From: Armatimonadota bacterium
Lineage (GTDB): Bacteria > Armatimonadota > SYMT01
Direction: 5' to 3'
Assembly: GCA_041690135.1 (NCBI GenBank)
Contig: JAWLHY010000003.1
Location: 640,001-704,000 of the forward strand
Length of the DNA stretch: 64,000 nucleotides
In this document: positions 28,946 to 39,410 of the stretch, piece by piece
Position numbering within the stretch: the first letter of the stretch is position 1
How the letters are laid out: each line of letters starts with the position of its first letter
Notes under the pieces: generated by a model
Database searches by the model: none
Seen by the model: only the letters and a program-made list of their open reading frames with translations
Told to the model about the DNA's origin: nothing
Translations under genes and position numbers: made by a program

Positions 28946-29810
28946 GCCGGGTTCTCCGTTCCGCGAACTCCGCCGCGAGGACGAAGAAGACGATCGCCGC
29001 CGCCAGCGCAAGGCCGCTCACGAAGAGGGCCGCCCGGTGGCTCCCCTGGGCGTAGGCCATCTCCAGCGCGATGTTCGCCGTGAGCGTGCGGACCGGGTCG
29101 AACAGGCCGCGCGGTACCTGCACTACGTTGCCGCAGACCATCAGTACGGCCATCGTCTCCCCCAGGGCGCGCCCGGTCGCCAGGATCACCCCGGCAATCA
29201 GCGCCGGCCGGGCCGCCGGCAGCGCCACCTGGGAAACGGTGGTCCAGCGCGAGAGCCCCAGTGCCGCCGCTGCCTGCAGGTACTCCGTGGGGACGGCCCG
29301 CAGCCCCGCCTCCACGGTGAGGGCGAGGGTCGGCAGCACCATCAGCGCCAGAATCAGGATCGCGGCGAGGAGGCTGGCGCCGGGAGGGTGGAGGCGGTTG
29401 ATCAGCGGCACCAGCACCACCAGCCCCCAGAGCCCGAACACCACGGAGGGGGTGCCGGCGAGGAGCTCGAGCATCCGGCGATAAAGGGCCGCCAGCCGGG
29501 GCGGCGCGTAGAAGCAGCAAAACACGGCCGACAGAAGACCCAGCGGTCCGGCCAGGAACAGCGCTCCCGCCGCCGCCAGCGTGGTGCCCACGAGCATGGG
29601 GCCCAGGTTGAACCGTCCCTGGGTCGGATACCAGCCCCGGTCCGTCAGAAAACGCAGCGGGCCGGTGGCATGCAACACCGGCGCGGCTTCCAGCGCCAGG
29701 AACAGCACCATCAACACCACGAGCAGCCCCGCCCCCACCGCCGCCAGGCGCGCGGTACCGTGGAGGAGAGCATCCGCCTGTGCCCGGCGGCGACTACTCG
29801 GTCTGCCCAT
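28938..29810 (-). CDS. pstC: phosphate ABC transporter permease PstC
   Basis: FL....WYP, ELLAGTPSVVFGLWGL, GRALGETMAVLMV.GN. Confidence 0.93.
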   Translation of the reverse strand: MGRPSSRRRAQADALLHGTARLAAVGAGLLVVLMVLFLALEAAPVLHATGPLRFLTDRGWYPTQGRFNLGPMLVGTTLAAAGALFLAGPLGLLSAVFCCFYAPPRLAALYRRMLELLAGTPSVVFGLWGLVVLVPLINRLHPPGASLLAAILILALMVLPTLALTVEAGLRAVPTEYLQAAAALGLSRWTTVSQVALPAARPALIAGVILATGRALGETMAVLMVCGNVVQVPRGLFDPVRTLTANIALEMAYAQGSHRAALFVSGLALAAAIVFFVLAAEFAERRTRHV

Positions 29811-30708
29811 CCGCCACCGGTACGAAGTACTGCTTCTCCACCAGGTCCCGGACTTCCGGAGACCCGGCAAAGTCCAGGAAGGTCTTGACCAGCCCCTCCG
29901 GTTCCGTGCGGGTGACCAGGTTCAGCGAGCGGGAAAGGGGGAACTTCTCGTTCTGGACGTTCTCCGTGCTCGCCTCCACGCCGCCCACGGGCAGCAGCCG
30001 GATTGGCACCCCCTGCGTGACCTGGTACTCCGCCGCGCCGATCGAGACATAGCCCAGCGCCCGGGGGTTGCCCGCGACCGTTTTGATGCCCTGCTCGTTG
30101 TCCCCGATGATCACCTGCGCGCGGACGTCCGGGTTCTCCAGCCGGAAATACTGCAGGAACAGCTCCAGGGTGGAGCGCCCTTCCGCCTTGTGGACCACCG
30201 TAATCGGCCCCTCCCTGCCGCCGACCTCCTTCCAGTTCCTCTTCTTGCCGGTATAAATCTCCACCAACTGGGCGTCCGCCAGGCTCCGCACGAGGTTGTC
30301 GCGGTGGACGATGACGCAGATGCCGTCCCGCGCAACCGGGAAGGCGCGAAGGTCTTGCTCGTCCGGCTTCAGATTGCGGGACACCATTCCGATGGCGGCC
30401 AATCCCTGCCGCGCGTCCGCGATGCCTCGCGAGGAGCCGCCGGTCTGCACGTCCACGCGGACCCCGTCATGCTGCTGCTCGAACCGCTTGCCGATCTCCG
30501 CGGCGAGAGGCGCGACGGTACTGGAGCCGGTGAGGGTGAGCCGCCCCCCACTTGAAGCCGTCGGGGTGGCGTTCGCCTGGGCACCACCTTCCGAGTGCGT
30601 GGGAGCGCACCCGGTGAGGGCGCCCAGGATGGCCGCCGTCAGGAGGGGCAAGGCGCGGAGGCGGAAGAGGCCGCGGGGGAGCGAACGAGTTCCGAAGGCC
30701 GCAGGCAT
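29794..30708 (-). CDS. pstS: phosphate ABC transporter substrate-binding lipoprotein
   Basis: Lipobox LTGC; GSSTVAP, GGSSRG, IGMVSR. Confidence 0.92.
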   Translation of the reverse strand: MPAAFGTRSLPRGLFRLRALPLLTAAILGALTGCAPTHSEGGAQANATPTASSGGRLTLTGSSTVAPLAAEIGKRFEQQHDGVRVDVQTGGSSRGIADARQGLAAIGMVSRNLKPDEQDLRAFPVARDGICVIVHRDNLVRSLADAQLVEIYTGKKRNWKEVGGREGPITVVHKAEGRSTLELFLQYFRLENPDVRAQVIIGDNEQGIKTVAGNPRALGYVSIGAAEYQVTQGVPIRLLPVGGVEASTENVQNEKFPLSRSLNLVTRTEPEGLVKTFLDFAGSPEVRDLVEKQYFVPVADGQTE

Positions 30709-31003
30709 GCTCGATTTCCGTTGGACGTCAATTCATATGAACCGATGGTCAACTATTGGCGGCGGAGCCCGGGGAGTCCTTCTCCAGGGATCGGAGGCCG
30801 GCCCGGCGCCCTCTTGAGAGTTCGTTGAGAGCCTCCGGCCATAGTTCCTGGTGTCGGCCGCCCGAGGCGGGGAGATTGCATCCCCGGGAATCTGGGGATA
30901 AGGGCGTTGAACCAACCGGGGTCGGGATAGGGCCGGCCCCCGAAACAGGAACCCCGGCCGTAGGGGACTGCCGCGCAGACCGGCGGCACGTCGGGGAGGA
31001 GGG

Positions 31004-31423
31004 TTGAAGATGCTTGGACCGGAACTGGCGGACAGCGCCGTGCTGCGGCGGATCGCCCGGCGAGTGGAAGATATCCTGGAGTCCGCCCGCGAGCGCGAGC
31101 GGAAAGGCCAGAGCCTGGCGCTAGACATCGACGCCCGGTTCCGGCTGGAAGAGGTCGGCGCGGTGCAGTTCCAGCTCGCCAGCGCCATCCTGGAAGAGGC
31201 GGGAGGCCTGGGCCAGGATGAAGTGGTCGGCGAGCTGCTGTCGCTGGGCCTGGCTTCGGTGTTGAACGGTGCCGCCCGCGCTGCGGGGATGCGCGCCGAA
31301 CTGGGCGACCTCTCCGACGATATGGATGAAGACGAGGACGAAGAGCTCCTCGGCGCGCGCCGGCTGGACCTGGAGAGCTTCCCCGGCGTGCGCGGAGCGT
31401 TCCCGGGAAGGGTTTTGAATTAG
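31004..31423 (+). CDS. hypothetical acidic protein
   Basis: 139-aa ORF, GAGGAGG RBS before TTG, coding-like codon use. Confidence 0.6.
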   Translation: MKMLGPELADSAVLRRIARRVEDILESARERERKGQSLALDIDARFRLEEVGAVQFQLASAILEEAGGLGQDEVVGELLSLGLASVLNGAARAAGMRAELGDLSDDMDEDEDEELLGARRLDLESFPGVRGAFPGRVLN

Positions 31424-31696
31424 CCAGAACGTGCTGCGTATTGCGTGACGCGTAGCTCGAACCACTGGGGTGAGGCTTACTGGGGGAAACGGGGGAAGGG
31501 AGCCGTCTGGGCCTTTAAGGGTCCGGACGGCTTTTCGTCTGGGAAGTCACCTCGCTGGCGGGTGTGGCGGTCGCCTCGTTTAGGCAGGGCACCCACTCGT
31601 GGGTTTTCACTCGCGCGGGCCAAACAGCCAGCCACCAAGGTGCTCTCTACTTCCCCGTTTCCGTCAGTCGCTGTAGTATTAGCCAGGCATCGAAGT

Positions 31697-32653
31697 ATGA
31701 ACCCCCAGGACGAAAAGACCGATCACAATCCCACCCCGGTACCGCGGCTTTACGGGCTCATCGCGCGGGCGGCGCCGGTCGGGGTGTTGTTCCGGCGGGG
31801 GCCGTCGAAGCAGGTGCTGCTCGTCTACTGGGACATGGAGCGGGATCGGTTCTATCCGGGCCAGTGGCTGAAGGGCCGGATCTACGAGCGCCGCTGCGAC
31901 CTTTCGCCGAGTGGACAACACCTGGTGTACCTGGCCGCCAATCAGAAGCCGCCCTATCATTCCTGGACGGCCGTTAGCCACCCGCCCTATCTGACGGCAG
32001 TGGTGTTCTGGCCCAATACCGGAACCTGGGGCGGCGGCGGTCTCTTCGAGACGGAGAACCGGCTTTGCCTGAACCACCGCTCGTGGAGCTTCACACCGGC
32101 GGAGGGGAGCGAGGTGCCGCGCGAACTGCGAGTCACCCCACTCGGATCCTACTCCGGCCACGGCGAGGATAGGCCGATCCTGGACCTCCGACTGAAGCGC
32201 GACGGCTGGGTGCTGGTGCAGGAGGGCCGCGAGGTCCGGCAGCGGGACGGCGCGCCGCTCTGGATCGTCTACGCCCCGCCCACGATCTGGTCCCGGCCCC
32301 AGCCGCAAGCAAAGCATCCCTGGGAGCTCCGGATGATCGAGCGAGGCTTGAAAGAGCGACAGGGGAGCTGGAACGTCGTCGAATACGCGCTTGCCCACCC
32401 GGCCACGGGGGCAGAGATCCCGCTCGGGCGGCTGGATTGGGCCGATTGGTGCCGTTCCGGCGATCTGGTGTTCGCTAGGGACGGCGGCGTCTGGCGTCTC
32501 CCCACGGGAGAGATCGGGCGCGATGCCCCTCTGGAGAAGGCCCGCCTGCTCGTGGACCTGAGCCCGCTGACATTCCGGGAACTGGCGCCACCGCCCCAGG
32601 CGCGGGAATGGTCCGCCAAGGTCCCGCTCCCGGAACCGTATCCCGTGGGATAG
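31697..32653 (+). CDS. conserved hypothetical protein (Trp/Gly-rich, beta-propeller-like)
   Basis: FRRGPSK, GQWLKGRIYERRCDLSPSG, WTAVSHPPYLTA, WGGGG, DWADW. Confidence 0.75.
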   Translation: MNPQDEKTDHNPTPVPRLYGLIARAAPVGVLFRRGPSKQVLLVYWDMERDRFYPGQWLKGRIYERRCDLSPSGQHLVYLAANQKPPYHSWTAVSHPPYLTAVVFWPNTGTWGGGGLFETENRLCLNHRSWSFTPAEGSEVPRELRVTPLGSYSGHGEDRPILDLRLKRDGWVLVQEGREVRQRDGAPLWIVYAPPTIWSRPQPQAKHPWELRMIERGLKERQGSWNVVEYALAHPATGAEIPLGRLDWADWCRSGDLVFARDGGVWRLPTGEIGRDAPLEKARLLVDLSPLTFRELAPPPQAREWSAKVPLPEPYPVG

Positions 32654-32677
32654 GGAGGTCTGCGCGACCCTGTTTCA

Positions 32678-32732
32678 TGAAGAAAGGGAGAACGGAACGC
32701 CCGTAGGGCTCCCGTTCCCCCTTTCTTCCATT
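32678..32732. terminator. imperfect bidirectional terminator hairpin
   Basis: GAAGAAAGGG.GAACGG...CCGTTCCCCTTTCTTC between convergent genes. Confidence 0.55.
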
Positions 32733-32765
32733 CGTTCGGATCCCCGGACCCGGCTTGCCGGGCAA

Positions 32766-33530
32766 CTACGGGGCGGCTTCGCTCATCGCCTCGCGCATCA
32801 TCTTGAGGGCGCTGCGCTCCAGCCGGCTCACCTGCATCTGGGAAACGCCCAGCACGTCCGCCACTTCCTGCTGGCTGTGGCCGTCGAAGAAGCGCATGCG
32901 GAGCACCTGCTGACGACGGTCGTCCAGCGACTCCATGGCGCGGTAGAGCGGGGCCTGCTCGATCATGGTGTCGAGGTGCGGGTCTTCCTGACCCACCGCT
33001 TCGTAAAGCGGCATCCCTTCGGAACCGCTGTTCAGCTCGTAGCGGTCGTCCAGCCCCAGCGGCTGGTAGGCGGCGCCCACTTCCATTGCTTCCAGCAGCG
33101 TCTCTTCCGAGATGCCGAAGGCCTGGGCCATCTCCGGCACCGTCGGCTCGCGCTCCAGGCGGGCATACAGGTCATCCTGCATGCGGCCCAGGTTGGCGGC
33201 GATCTCCTGGAGTTGCCGCGGGACCTTGATGCTCCAGGTGCGGTCGCGGAAGTAGCGCTTGATCTCCCCGACCATGCAGTGCACCGCGTAGGTGCTGAAG
33301 CGGGTGGCGCGCTCCGGATCGAAACGGTCCAGCGCGCCGATCAGCGCGATCCAGGCGGCTTGGACCAGGTCTTCCACGGGCACGCCGGGGCGCGTGAACT
33401 TGTGCGCCACGGAGCGGACCAGGTTCTCATGTCGTTCGATGATCCGGGTGCGAAGCTCCGGATCGCGGGTACGGAGGTAGGTCTCCACCAACTTCTCCGT
33501 CTCGGAGTGGTGCAGAGCAGTGTTTTCCAT
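32766..33530 (-). CDS. SigB/SigF/SigG-family RNA polymerase sigma factor
   Basis: EDLVQ...RFDP.R..RFSTYA...GEIKRYFRD.TW...VPR; region 4 SQQEVA..LGVSQMQVSRL. Confidence 0.93.
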   Translation of the reverse strand: MENTALHHSETEKLVETYLRTRDPELRTRIIERHENLVRSVAHKFTRPGVPVEDLVQAAWIALIGALDRFDPERATRFSTYAVHCMVGEIKRYFRDRTWSIKVPRQLQEIAANLGRMQDDLYARLEREPTVPEMAQAFGISEETLLEAMEVGAAYQPLGLDDRYELNSGSEGMPLYEAVGQEDPHLDTMIEQAPLYRAMESLDDRRQQVLRMRFFDGHSQQEVADVLGVSQMQVSRLERSALKMMREAMSEAAP

Positions 33531-33850
33531 GGGTGTAATCTATAAGCCCGTGCCGGCTAGCGGCTGTGGGCCGGTATTTGAGCCGGCCTCGCCTCTCGGC
33601 GGTTCGACCGGTAATCGTCGTGAGTGAACGGGGTCCGCATGAGTGCGGGCTCCGTGTGCGATGTATACCCAACGCTGTTCGCCGAACAAACGTGACCCGT
33701 CGCCAGGTGTGACTGATTTCACAGCGAAGGCGAGATTCCGGGTCGAATCTCCGGTTCGGGCCCGTGTAGCCGGTGTCCCTCCCGGGGTAAGTCCCTCCGG
33801 TCGTACCTCCCGGACGTTCGAGATCCGGGGCCGGGCCGGCCGGGTGGTGA

Positions 33851-35998
33851 ATGGCGACACTCTCCGAACACGAGATCTTACTGGGCCTGCTTGCCCTTGC
33901 CCTGATCCTGGTGGTGGGGCGCGGGGCGGCGGAAGTCGCGCGGCGCCTGGGTCAACCGGAAGTCCTGGGCGAGCTGATCGGGGGGTTCTTGTTAGGCCCC
34001 TCTGTCCTGGGGGCGATGCTGCCCCATTTGCACCACGAGCTCTTCCTGGGAGAGGGGGTGGGGCAGGCGCTCTCCATGCTCTCCTGGATCGGCGCGGTGC
34101 TGCTCCTGTTGATCGCCGGTCTGGAGGCGGATCTGGACATCCTCCGGGAGAAGGTCCGACCCGGGAGTATGGCCGCGGCCTTTGCCATCATCCCCTCGAT
34201 CGTGGCGGGGACGCTCTTCGGGATGGGGGTACTGGGGCGACCCGCGGCCGACGGCTTCTTCCTGGGGCTGGTCCTCTCCGTCACCGCCGTCAGCGTGGCG
34301 GCCAAGATCCTGATCGAGCGTGGCACCCTGCGACGGGGCTACGCGCAGGTGATCCTGGCGGCGGGGATCGCCAGTGAAGTGATCATATGGCCGCTCATCT
34401 CCATGGTGGGCTCTCTGCAGAGCGGCAACCCCGTGGCGGCGGGGCTCCGGAGCGCCCTGTTTGCTGCCTTCTTCTTTGTGCTGATGATGACTGCGGGGCG
34501 CCGTTTCACCTTCTGGGCGATGCGGCGCATGGCGGATATGACGCAGGTAGTCAACGGACAACTCTCCCTGGTGCTGGTGCTGGCCTTCCTTTCCGCCGGG
34601 ATCACGCAGGCGCTGGGCCTGCACGCGCTGTTGGGAGCGTTCGTGTTCGGCGTGCTGCTGGGCCAGGCCCCGCGCGCGACGGTGCAGCTCCGGGAGAAGG
34701 TCCAGACTCTCACCGTGGGCCTGTTCGCACCCGTGTTCTTTGTGCTCGCCGGCATGCGGGTGGACATCTACCGGCTCGAGGACCCGCTTGCGGCGGTTAC
34801 CGTGCTGCAGCTCTTCGTGGTGGCGAGCGTGGTGAAGGTGGGACTCGGGGCGCTGGGAGCGCGGTTGGGCGGCCTGCGCGGCTGGGAGCCGGCCCTGGTG
34901 GGCATCGGGGTGAACCTGAAGGGCGGAACGGATGTGATCGTGGCGATCCTGGGTGCCGAGCTCGGCCTGTTCTCGGACACGGCCTACACCCTGTATGCGG
35001 TGGTGGCGATCCTGACCGTGCTCGTTTCCCCGCCGCTGCTCAACCTTCTGGAGAGCCGCGTTCCCCCCTCGGAAGAGGAACGGCAGCGCCTGGATCGGGA
35101 GGAAGCCCGCCGCCGCGCCTACCTCACCGGCATCGAGCGGGTGCTGGTGCCGGTGGTACCGGAGCTGCTGCCGACTGCGGCCGCCCGGCTGGTCGAGACC
35201 CTGTCGGTCGCCAAGCAGAACCAGGGGGAGACCTTCGACATCACCGAGTTGATCCCGAGCGGCGAGCGGGCCATCGTCGAGAAGGCGCCGCAGGTGCTGG
35301 AACGAACCGAGAAGCGCCTCACCGCCGCGAGCGTGCACGAAAAGGTGGAGCTGACGGCGGAGCGGACGGCGGCCCGCGGCCCGGTGGAAGCGGTGCTCGA
35401 AGGGGCGAAGACCCATCAACTCCTGGTGATCGGCGCCCATGCCCCGGAACCCCGCCCGCTGCTTTCCCTGGGCGAGCTGCAGGACCGGATCATCGATGGT
35501 ACCGACAGCGACGTGCTGGTGGCGATTCAGGATGGTCGCCCCCTGCCGCGCCGCGTCCGCCGGATTCTCCTCCCGGTCAACGGGCAGGACTACTCCCTGG
35601 CGGCCGGCGACGTCGCTGCGTACCTGGCGATGGTCCACCAGGCGGAGCTGGTCCTGTTCACCGTGGTGCGGTCGCAGTTGGGGCCGTACCAGTGGCGCGC
35701 TCGCGAATACCGGGACCTGCTGGAAGCCGGGCACCGGAGCCTGAACGAGCTGCGCTTCCGAATCGGCTGCCTGGGAGTCCGCCTCACCGAGCGAGTGCGC
35801 GTCGGCGGCGACGCGGGCCAGGCGATCCTGCGGGAGTTGGACGACCGATCGTACCAGATGGTCGTCCTCGGCGCCTTCGACCGCAGCGGCGACGACCGGT
35901 TGAGCCTGGGGGGCACGGTGCAGTCGGTGCTCACACACGCCCGCACCCCCTCCGTGGTGCTCATCTCCCACAAGCAGGCCGGCCGGGAGGACGGATAG
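33851..35998 (+). CDS. cation:proton antiporter (CPA2) with C-terminal universal-stress-protein domains
   Basis: GQPEVLGELIGGFLLGPS, about 12 TM segments, RILLPVNG...G...Q.VL USP-like tail. Confidence 0.88.
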   Translation: MATLSEHEILLGLLALALILVVGRGAAEVARRLGQPEVLGELIGGFLLGPSVLGAMLPHLHHELFLGEGVGQALSMLSWIGAVLLLLIAGLEADLDILREKVRPGSMAAAFAIIPSIVAGTLFGMGVLGRPAADGFFLGLVLSVTAVSVAAKILIERGTLRRGYAQVILAAGIASEVIIWPLISMVGSLQSGNPVAAGLRSALFAAFFFVLMMTAGRRFTFWAMRRMADMTQVVNGQLSLVLVLAFLSAGITQALGLHALLGAFVFGVLLGQAPRATVQLREKVQTLTVGLFAPVFFVLAGMRVDIYRLEDPLAAVTVLQLFVVASVVKVGLGALGARLGGLRGWEPALVGIGVNLKGGTDVIVAILGAELGLFSDTAYTLYAVVAILTVLVSPPLLNLLESRVPPSEEERQRLDREEARRRAYLTGIERVLVPVVPELLPTAAARLVETLSVAKQNQGETFDITELIPSGERAIVEKAPQVLERTEKRLTAASVHEKVELTAERTAARGPVEAVLEGAKTHQLLVIGAHAPEPRPLLSLGELQDRIIDGTDSDVLVAIQDGRPLPRRVRRILLPVNGQDYSLAAGDVAAYLAMVHQAELVLFTVVRSQLGPYQWRAREYRDLLEAGHRSLNELRFRIGCLGVRLTERVRVGGDAGQAILRELDDRSYQMVVLGAFDRSGDDRLSLGGTVQSVLTHARTPSVVLISHKQAGREDG

Positions 35999-36587
35999 TT
36001 CCTTGCCCCTCACCGGCGTGGGGGCGATGCGGGGCGGGTCCGGACGCCGTATACTAAGGGTACCCTGTTCCCGCGCCGGGTACCCACCTGCGGGTGTGGG
36101 CGTGGGCGCGTACCTGTTGGCCCAACGACCAGGGACCCGGGGTTCTCCGCAGGGGACGGGGGACTCCGTTCGCAGCCGGGGTACCCGCAGGGTGGGTCGA
36201 TAGGCCGCTCTTCCACTTCTCAGACCGGCTCTTACGCTGCGCTCGGGCTCGCCGCCCCGCGACGCACCACTTGGAGCGCCGGACGCCGAGGAGCACCGGA
36301 AAGCCGCCTCCCCGTACCTCCCCGCCGTTCCGGGAAAGCCCATCGGCTCTCCCAACTCGCTGAAACCAACCGGGGACCTGCCCGCGTAGGGTCTTCCGGA
36401 CACGACAGCGGCAAACCGTGCCGGTCGAGCAGCGTGGAGAGAACACGCCATGCACGCAGTACTGAATCGGACCTCTCCACGCGGGAACCCGCCGGGAGAG
36501 GAGCGAAACCGCCGCGGCGCCGGGGCACGGACCGGGCAGAATGGAATGAGGGAAAGAGACGGGGAATGGATATAGGGGGAGCTTAGG

Positions 36588-38300
36588 GTGCACGATCACG
36601 AGTTGCTGACCAACCTCGCGATCGCCTTGCTGGCTGCCGCCGTGGGTGGGTTCGTGGCCCGCCTGTTGCGGCTGCCGCTGCTGGTGGGTTACCTGCTGGC
36701 CGGAGTGGCGGTCGGGCCGCACACGCCCGGGATCACGGCCAGCGCCGACGCGGTGCACGCGGTGGCAAAGCTGGGAGTCGCGCTGCTGATGTTCGCGGTG
36801 GGCGTCCAGTTCCACCTGGAAGAAATGCTGGCAGTCCGCCGCATTGCGCTGCTCGGGGGAGCGGTGCAGATCGGGGGGACCGTCCTGCTCGGCTGGGGCG
36901 CGGGCCTGGCGCTGGGCTGGGGCCATTACGGCGGAATCTTCCTGGGGTGTGCCCTGGCGCTCTCCTCCACGGCCGTGATGATGCGCATCCTGGAAGAGCG
37001 GGGGGAGCTGGGGACCAGTCACGCCTCGGCAATGCTCGGGATCCTGGTGGTGCAAGACCTCTCCCTGGTGCTGATGGTCACTCTGCTGCCCTCCCTCGCC
37101 ACGGTGGCGGCGGAGGGGCCGCGAGCGCTCACCGACCTGGGGCTTTCCCTGCTCCGGGCCACTGCGCTGGTCACCGTAACGCTGCTGCTGGCCCGCCGGT
37201 GGATCCCGGCGCTGCTGGAGCGAGCGGCCCGTGTCAACTCCCAGGAGTTGTTCCTGATTCTGGTGGTCTGTGTCTGCCTGGGCGCCGCGTACCTGGCGCA
37301 GGTGGCCGGGCTCTCCCTGGAGATCGGCGCGTTCCTGGCCGGTCTGGTCATCTCGGAGAGCGACTATGCCCACGAAGTCTTCTCCCAGATTCGGCCGGTC
37401 CGGGACATCTTCGCCTCCCTCTTCTTCGTTTCGGTAGGGATGCTTCTCGAGCCGGCGTTCTTCGCCCAACACCTGGGCACGATCGGCATCGTGGTGGCGG
37501 TGATCCTGCTGGGTAAGCCGATCCTGGCGGCGCTGCCGGTCTTCCTGCTGGGGTCTCACGGCCGCACCGCCATGCTGGTCGGCCTGGGACTGGGGCAGAT
37601 CGGGGAGTTTTCCTTCGTACTCGCCTCCGTGGGCAGCGAGCAGGGCCTGATCCCGGAAGTGGAGGCCGGCGTCATCCTCGCCGCCGCCCTGGTCACCATC
37701 CTGCTCACGCCGGCCGTTTACGGCTCGGCGAGCCCGGTGTACGGCGCGCTGAACACGGTTCCGGCGTTTTCCCGCATCCTGAACCGGCACGTCGGGAAAG
37801 AGGGGCTGACCCCGGCGCACGCACAGGAAGCTCGGGTGCTGATTGTGGGCTGCGGGCGGGTCGGGAAGCATGTTTCCCAGGCCCTGAGCACGCGGGGGAT
37901 CCCCCACATCGTGGTGGAGTACAATGCCGAAGTAATCGCCCGGCTCCGCTCGGTAGGCATTCCCGTCATTTACGGAGATGCGAGCTCCGAAGTCGTGTTG
38001 AGCAAGGCACTCTCCGCCAGGATCGAGATGGCGGTGGTGGCCCTGCCCGAAGCGGGGATGACCCCGATTGTGGTCCGACTGCTGAAGCAGCTCAATCCAG
38101 GTCTGCCCGTGATCGCGCGCGTGCACCACGGCGCCTACATTCCGCGGGTGCGCGCCGCGGGGGCGGACGAGGTCATCCACGCGGAGTTCGAAGCTTCCAC
38201 CGCCATCATCCGGCACGGCCTCGCGCGCCTGGGCTGTCCCGAGGAAGAAACGGAACAGTATCTGGAGGAAATCCGGCGAGTCCGCTACCGTATGGAGTGA
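36588..38300 (+). CDS. CPA2 K+/H+ antiporter with TrkA-N (RCK) domain, YbaL/KefB-like
   Basis: GYLLAGVAVGP.TPG, LSSTA, LVVQD, QIGEFSFV, IVGCGRVG, YGDAS. Confidence 0.92.
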   Translation: MHDHELLTNLAIALLAAAVGGFVARLLRLPLLVGYLLAGVAVGPHTPGITASADAVHAVAKLGVALLMFAVGVQFHLEEMLAVRRIALLGGAVQIGGTVLLGWGAGLALGWGHYGGIFLGCALALSSTAVMMRILEERGELGTSHASAMLGILVVQDLSLVLMVTLLPSLATVAAEGPRALTDLGLSLLRATALVTVTLLLARRWIPALLERAARVNSQELFLILVVCVCLGAAYLAQVAGLSLEIGAFLAGLVISESDYAHEVFSQIRPVRDIFASLFFVSVGMLLEPAFFAQHLGTIGIVVAVILLGKPILAALPVFLLGSHGRTAMLVGLGLGQIGEFSFVLASVGSEQGLIPEVEAGVILAAALVTILLTPAVYGSASPVYGALNTVPAFSRILNRHVGKEGLTPAHAQEARVLIVGCGRVGKHVSQALSTRGIPHIVVEYNAEVIARLRSVGIPVIYGDASSEVVLSKALSARIEMAVVALPEAGMTPIVVRLLKQLNPGLPVIARVHHGAYIPRVRAAGADEVIHAEFEASTAIIRHGLARLGCPEEETEQYLEEIRRVRYRME

Positions 38301-38363
38301 GCCCCCGTTCTGTAATGCACCCCGTCGTGGACGTCCGAAAACGGGCGTAGGAAGGCCCCTTGC

Positions 38364-39410
38364 ATGCCGAATCCCCAGGCGCCTCAATCCGGTATCCTGC
38401 GGCTGCCGGAGCTCTCGCCGCTCCCCGCGCTGCTCCGGCGCGTGGCGCTGGCGGTCGGCCTCATCGTCGCGGTGGCGCTCATGCTGTGGCTCAACCGCGA
38501 GGGGCTGCGCGACAACACCCATCCCGACCGTCCCATCGGGCTGGTCGACGTCTTCTACTTCACCGTCGTCACCCTGACCACGGTCGGCTACGGGGATATC
38601 ATCCCGGTCACCGCCGAAGCGCGCCTGGTCAACGCGGTGCTGCTGACGCCGATCCGGGTCTTCCTCTGGGCCCTGTTCCTCGGGACTGCCTATGAGCTGG
38701 TGCTGCGGCAGTATCAGGAGAAGGTGCAAATGCAAAAGCTCCATCAGCGACTGAACGGCCACACCGTTCTCTGTGGCTACGGCGTGAAGGGCCGGACCAT
38801 CGTCTCCGAGCTGCTGTCACACGGTCATCTACCCTCCGAGATCGTCGTCATCGACCCGGATGAGGAGATGGCCCAGGAAGCGGCGGCGCAAGACCTTGTC
38901 GCACTCCGGGGTGATGCCTCCGCGGAGGCGATCCTCCGCGCGGCCGTGGTGGAACGGGCGGGGCACGTAGTGGTGGCTCCTAACCGCGACGACGCCAGCG
39001 TGCTGATCTGCCTGACGGTCCGCACCCTCGCGCCCCAGGTGCGCCTGGTCGCGGCGGCTCGAGAAGAGGAAAACATCAAGCTGCTCTATAAGGCGGGGGC
39101 CGACGTGGTGGTTGCCCCCTCCGTATCCGGAGGGCGGCTCATGGCCGCCGCCGTGCGCCAGCACGCCGTCACCGGCTTCCTGGAAGACCTGCTGGAATTC
39201 GGTGCGGGGGTAGACGCCGGGGAACGGTTGGTGCGGGCGGAGGAAGCGGGGCGTAACGTTTCCGATCTCCCGGATCTCCGCGGCAAACTCGTCATTGGCG
39301 TCAGTCGCGCCGGAGAGCGCTGCCCGTTCCACCGGCTGGGGGACTGGGTCCTGCAGCCCGGGGATGTGGTCGTCTACCTGACGGCTGCCCCGGAGTCGTC
39401 CCGGGGTTAG
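38364..39410 (+). CDS. potassium channel with RCK domains
   Basis: TTVGYGD selectivity filter; LCGYGVKG TrkA-N. Confidence 0.93.
   Translation: MPNPQAPQSGILRLPELSPLPALLRRVALAVGLIVAVALMLWLNREGLRDNTHPDRPIGLVDVFYFTVVTLTTVGYGDIIPVTAEARLVNAVLLTPIRVFLWALFLGTAYELVLRQYQEKVQMQKLHQRLNGHTVLCGYGVKGRTIVSELLSHGHLPSEIVVIDPDEEMAQEAAAQDLVALRGDASAEAILRAAVVERAGHVVVAPNRDDASVLICLTVRTLAPQVRLVAAAREEENIKLLYKAGADVVVAPSVSGGRLMAAAVRQHAVTGFLEDLLEFGAGVDAGERLVRAEEAGRNVSDLPDLRGKLVIGVSRAGERCPFHRLGDWVLQPGDVVVYLTAAPESSRG

Noticed and set aside
30709-30790. Pho box upstream of pstS
   Set aside because: No convincing 11-bp-period CTGTCAT-like direct repeats
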